From Bacillota bacterium (GTDB lineage: Bacteria > Bacillota > Clostridia > Christensenellales > CAMQZB01), in assembly GCA_044426085.1 (NCBI GenBank), contig JAWXUU010000005.1:40598-104597 (forward strand): DNA of 64,000 bases, given 5' to 3'. Each line of letters begins with the position of its first letter. Position 1 is the stretch's first letter. Positions 60,206 through 64,000 of the stretch are shown one piece after another. The notes below the pieces were generated by a model. The model searched no databases. It saw only the letters and a list, made by a program, of their open reading frames with translations, and was not told the DNA's origin. The translations under genes were made by a program, and so were the position numbers.

Positions 60206-61375
60206 CTAACATCCCCCGACGTCCATCCCCCCGACGTCCCTCCCCTCCGCCACTTCCATTTGCAATTGAACTTCTTTTGAGAAGATTGAATAAACAAGGT
60301 CGGATTTTTGCATTTGGGATAGGATTTTTTTCTGTTTTTTGCCTAGGGTTTGGATATCTTTTGTTCGTTTGATAAGTTTAATTCCTAAATCTTGAGAAAA
60401 CAAGTCGGTTCTTTCTTTTTTCACGGCGAGAACTTTCAAGAATTTCACGTGTTTTTTTGCAAATTTCACGTCAGATTTAGTGATGTTCAAAACGTTTTTC
60501 ACGCTCATTCGCTTGATTCTTGCAAGGGTGTATCGCTTGGATTTTATCTTCATTGCGTATTCAGAAAAACCGTCGAAATCATTTTGGAACATCAAGTTTT
60601 CAAGCCCTTCGGAAACTTCCGAAATATCTTCGCGCTCTTTCCCAAAAATGCCTTGATAACTTGCCAAAACGCCCAGTGAAGAGCAGTCTACAATATCGCT
60701 TTCCAAAAGCAATTCGAACGCTTTTGTTGGCATGTATTGTCTGGCTTTTTCAGTGTCGCCCGCAAGAAGGCAAGAACGGATAAAACTCGCACTTGCAAAT
60801 TCCCCCTGTGGATTTTCGCTGTCGTGGTCGCTACCGATTCGCTTGATAGTTTCAAATTCGCCTTTGAACCCCACTTTTTTCCCCGCGCGGATGTATTCTA
60901 CCCCCAAAACGTCGTTTGGCGATAACGAAAATTCGCTTCCGCTTTCAAGGTGGGTGTCTGATTTTGCCTTTGCGAAAGTTGTTCCCTTCGCGAGATTTTT
61001 CGAAAGTGATTTTTTGAAATATTTATCTTCGGAAAAGTCCGCCTGTGCTTGAAGCCTTGTGATGTTGCCACATTCGCTTCCAAAAAGCACTCTGTCCACC
61101 CCTTTGATTTGAGAAATCAACTTCATCGCGCCAAACGCAAATGTTTCTGCATTGCAACAAGAAAAGTGCACGGGCAGTTCGCAAACCATGTCCGCCCCCG
61201 CAAGAACAGCCATTTTTGCGCGCACGTGTTTTGGCAAAATACTGCCTTCCCCACGCTGAACGAAATTACCGCTCATAATGCAAATGACAGTGTCGCCGTT
61301 TTCCGATGCTTTTTTTATTATATGTTTGTGCCCGTTTGTTATGGGATTGAATTCCGAGATAATTGCAGTTATCAT
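60206..61375 (-). CDS. tmcAL: tRNA(Met) cytidine acetate ligase (YlbM/UPF0348 nucleotidyltransferase)
   Basis: N-terminus AIISEFNPITNGHKHII (HxGH-type) and MSGNFVQRGE. Confidence 0.8.
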   Translation of the reverse strand: MITAIISEFNPITNGHKHIIKKASENGDTVICIMSGNFVQRGEGSILPKHVRAKMAVLAGADMVCELPVHFSCCNAETFAFGAMKLISQIKGVDRVLFGSECGNITRLQAQADFSEDKYFKKSLSKNLAKGTTFAKAKSDTHLESGSEFSLSPNDVLGVEYIRAGKKVGFKGEFETIKRIGSDHDSENPQGEFASASFIRSCLLAGDTEKARQYMPTKAFELLLESDIVDCSSLGVLASYQGIFGKEREDISEVSEGLENLMFQNDFDGFSEYAMKIKSKRYTLARIKRMSVKNVLNITKSDVKFAKKHVKFLKVLAVKKERTDLFSQDLGIKLIKRTKDIQTLGKKQKKILSQMQKSDLVYSIFSKEVQLQMEVAEGRDVGGMDVGGC

Positions 61376-61673
61376 ATTTTCTCCTGGCTGTGCTGTCTTT
61401 TTTTCTTATTATACCACACCACCCAAAAAAAATGTATGGTTTTAATGGGATTTTGCATAAAATCAAGCCTTTTTTGGTGGCGAGATTGCACTGTGCACTT
61501 TTTTGGCGTGCAACTGAAGATTAATCTTGCAAATCGCTCAGTATTTTGCAATAAAATAACAAAAAAATCAAAATAAAAAAGCGAGTTTGCAAAAGTGTGT
61601 GATTTTCCCCATAACAAAAGGGAATTTGATAAAAATTAAACAAAGATTTTTGCGATTTTTTACGCTACAACCC

Positions 61674-61702
61674 TTTACAAATCGACATATTTATTATATA
61701 AT
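61674..61702 (+). promoter_or_regulatory. ackA promoter
   Basis: TTTACA, 17-nt spacer, TATAAT. Confidence 0.6.
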
Positions 61703-61759
61703 AACAAGGTTATAAAAACAAAATATTAGAAATAAAATTATAAACACGGGGGTAGTATA

Positions 61760-62971
61760 ATGAATATACTAGTTATCAATGCTGGATCTTCATCACTTAA
61801 ATATCAATTGATTGACATGAGCGATGAAAGTGTAGTTGCAAAAGGTCTTTGTGAAAGAATCGGAATCGCAGGAAGCAAGCTAAGCGGAAAAGGCAAGGGT
61901 GGAAACTCTTTCGAAATCGCTAGCGACATGCCAACTCATGACGTAGCAATCAAAATGGTTCTCGATAACCTTGTAAGTGAAGAAAACGGCGTTATCGCAT
62001 CAATGGACGAAATCGTTGCTGTTGGTCACAGGGTTTTGCACTCTGGACTAGACTTCAAAGGATCTGTTCTTGTTGACGACAGCGTTATGGTAATCAACGA
62101 TAAAAATGCAGAACTCGGACCACTCCACATGCCAGCAAACATCTCTGGTATCAAAGCTTGTCAAGCTGCAATGCCAACAACTCCAAACGTTTGTGTTTTC
62201 GACACAGCGTTCCATTCAACAATGCCTGATTATGCCGCACTATACGCTATCCCATACGAAGCATACACAGACTGGAATATCAAAAAATACGGTTTCCACG
62301 GAACAAGCCACCAATTTGTTTCTGGCGAAGCTGCAAAATACCTTGGCAGAAACGATTTGAAAATCGTCACTTGTCACCTTGGCAACGGTTCTTCTCTCGC
62401 TTGCGTGAAAGACGGAATTTGTATCGATACAACTATGGGACTAACACCGCTTGAAGGCGTTCCAATGGGAACAAGATCTGGCGATATCGACCCAGCAGCA
62501 ATCGAATTTATCAGCCACAAATCAGGAATGACAGTTGAAGAAACTATTACATACCTAAACAAAAAATCAGGAATGCTTGGTATTTCTGGTGTTTCAAGTG
62601 ACTTCAGAGACCTTTGCAAAGGCGCAGAAGAAGGACACGAAAGATGCAAACTTGCACTTGATATGTTCAACTATCACGTAAAAAAATACGTTGGTTCATT
62701 CATCGCAGTTATGGGTGGTGTTGATTGTATCGTCTTCACTGGTGGCGTTGGTGAAAACACAGAAGTTGTAAGAAACGATGTTTTGTCAACTCTTGGCTAC
62801 GCTGGTGTAGAAATCGATCCAGAACTCAACAAGAAATATTCAAACGGAAAAGTTTATGCAAACGGCATAACAGAAATCCAATCTGCAAACTCAAAAGTTA
62901 AAGTTTTGGTTATCCCAACTAACGAAGAACTCGTTATCGCAAGAGAAACTTTGGCGCTAGCTTGCAACTAA
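61760..62971 (+). CDS. ackA: Acetate kinase
   Basis: MNILVINAGSSSLKYQL, GFHGTSH, and the C-terminus VIPTNEELVIA. Confidence 0.95.
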   Translation: MNILVINAGSSSLKYQLIDMSDESVVAKGLCERIGIAGSKLSGKGKGGNSFEIASDMPTHDVAIKMVLDNLVSEENGVIASMDEIVAVGHRVLHSGLDFKGSVLVDDSVMVINDKNAELGPLHMPANISGIKACQAAMPTTPNVCVFDTAFHSTMPDYAALYAIPYEAYTDWNIKKYGFHGTSHQFVSGEAAKYLGRNDLKIVTCHLGNGSSLACVKDGICIDTTMGLTPLEGVPMGTRSGDIDPAAIEFISHKSGMTVEETITYLNKKSGMLGISGVSSDFRDLCKGAEEGHERCKLALDMFNYHVKKYVGSFIAVMGGVDCIVFTGGVGENTEVVRNDVLSTLGYAGVEIDPELNKKYSNGKVYANGITEIQSANSKVKVLVIPTNEELVIARETLALACN

Positions 62972-63022
62972 GAAAAAACTACGCAATTATTCCATAAATA
63001 TCTGAAAATCATGCAAAATTGA

Positions 63023-63051
63023 TTGACAAACAACAAGGCTGTATGTATAAT
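63023..63051 (+). promoter_or_regulatory. rpmF promoter
   Basis: TTGACA, 17-nt spacer, TATAAT. Confidence 0.7.
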
Positions 63052-63101
63052 AGGGTGGTATTTATGAAAAAAATAGTCATCAAGTAAGGAGGTGCAACAA
63101 T

Positions 63102-63290
63102 ATGGCAGTACCAAAAAGAAAGATATCAAAACAAAGAGGTAACACAAGATTCGCAAACTGGAAAGCAACAGCTCCAACAATCAGCGAATGCCCACATTGC
63201 CATGAAATGAAGCTATCACACAGAGTTTGTAAACAATGTGGCTACTATGATGGCAAACAAATCGTGGTTCAAAAAGTAAAAGAAGACTAA
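63102..63290 (+). CDS. rpmF: 50S ribosomal protein L32
   Basis: MAVPKRKISKQRGNTR...CPHCHE...CKQCGYY. Confidence 0.95.
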   Translation: MAVPKRKISKQRGNTRFANWKATAPTISECPHCHEMKLSHRVCKQCGYYDGKQIVVQKVKED

Positions 63291-63312
63291 TTCTTTAACA
63301 GTGAAATTATAA

Positions 63313-63339
63313 GTGCAGATTTTTTATCTGCACTTTTTT
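63313..63339 (+). terminator. rpmF terminator
   Basis: GTGCAGAT-TTTTT-ATCTGCAC plus a T-run. Confidence 0.8.
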
Positions 63340-63544
63340 CATGCCTTTTTTATGCCACAAATAAAACGTTGCGGTGGAATTTTCCTATCTTTGCTATCGC
63401 AATAATGCGGTAAAACTCAATATAAAAAGCAAAACACCTTGATTTTTTAGGTGTTTTTCCTTGTGATATCAAGGAAAATATTGTATAATAAAAAAGTATA
63501 TAAAAATGTATATAAAATCTAAAATACGCAAGGGGTAAACCAAA

Positions 63545-64000
63545 ATGAATAAAATCGTAGTTGACGCATTTGGCGGTGACAACGCACCAGCAGAAATTGT
63601 TAAAGGTGCAATAAAAGCAATAGAAGAAAAAGAAGGATTTGGCGTCTTGCTTGTTGGAAAAGAAGAAGAAATTTCAGCAATTTTGAAAGAAAACAACTGC
63701 GCAAGCGACAGAATTGAAATTTTGAACGCGACGGAAGTTATCACAAACGACGACGCTCCAACTTCAGCAATCAGATCAAAAAAGGATTCCTCACTCGTTC
63801 GCGGTTTGGAAACTTTGAAAGAAAAGGAAGATTGTGTTGGTTTTGTTTCTGCGGGAAGCACAGGCGCGGTTCTTGCGGGTGCACTTTTCAAACTTGGCAG
63901 ACTCGACGGCATCGCTCGCCCAGCGCTTGCACCTTCTATGCCATCTGCAAAAGGTTCGGAAGTTGTCATGCTTGATATCGGCGCAAACGTAGATTGTAAA
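63545..64000 (+). CDS. plsX: Phosphate acyltransferase PlsX (5' part; continues beyond the window)
   Basis: MNKIVVDAFGGDNAP...FVSAGSTGA. The frame is open to the window end, which is why it is absent from the ORF track. Confidence 0.9.
   Translation, partial: MNKIVVDAFGGDNAPAEIVKGAIKAIEEKEGFGVLLVGKEEEISAILKENNCASDRIEILNATEVITNDDAPTSAIRSKKDSSLVRGLETLKEKEDCVGFVSAGSTGAVLAGALFKLGRLDGIARPALAPSMPSAKGSEVVMLDIGANVDCK

Overview
This 64-kb window comes from a low-GC Firmicutes (Clostridia-like) chromosome; I cannot name the species from sequence alone. (1) 1 to ~19.96 kb is the right-hand part of an integrated siphovirus-type prophage. It runs capsid C-terminus, connector and neck genes, major tail protein, G/GT chaperone with a clean -1 frameshift site, tape measure, tail-tip and fibre genes, holin, excisionase and tyrosine integrase. 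Two AT-rich cargo genes follow, one resembling PvuRts1I-type 5hmC-dependent restriction enzymes, and the block abuts tRNA-Arg(CCU). Between the tail fibres and the holin sits the most unusual feature of the window. It is a translationally coupled string encoding a protein with ~40 Cys in a C-x2/3-C repeat domain, a 90-aa TTG-start ORF, a radical SAM/SPASM enzyme, a small HExxH protein and a small membrane protein. (2) 20-37.6 kb is host DNA: a decayed tRNA paralog, a large acidic lipoprotein, a T-box leader in front of an HTH-cupin-acyl-CoA synthetase fusion, fba, rho, a deacetylase, an XRE-cupin regulator with potABCD, and cdd. (3) ~37.8-54.7 kb is a compact (~17 kb) podovirus-like, phage-derived element. 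It has an ArpU-like regulator, an S24 repressor, terS, terL, portal, a P22-type coat protein, a collagen-like fibre and membrane proteins. I see no integrase, replication module, scaffold, tape measure or endolysin in it. (4) 54.7-64 kb is host DNA: ispG, an exonuclease, a MATE transporter, ylbJ-like, tmcAL, ackA, rpmF and the plsX 5' part. Five copies of a structured MITE/REP-like inverted-repeat element with hexamer microsatellite ends are scattered through intergenic regions. All functional calls come from motif recognition and gene order by eye; no database search was run.
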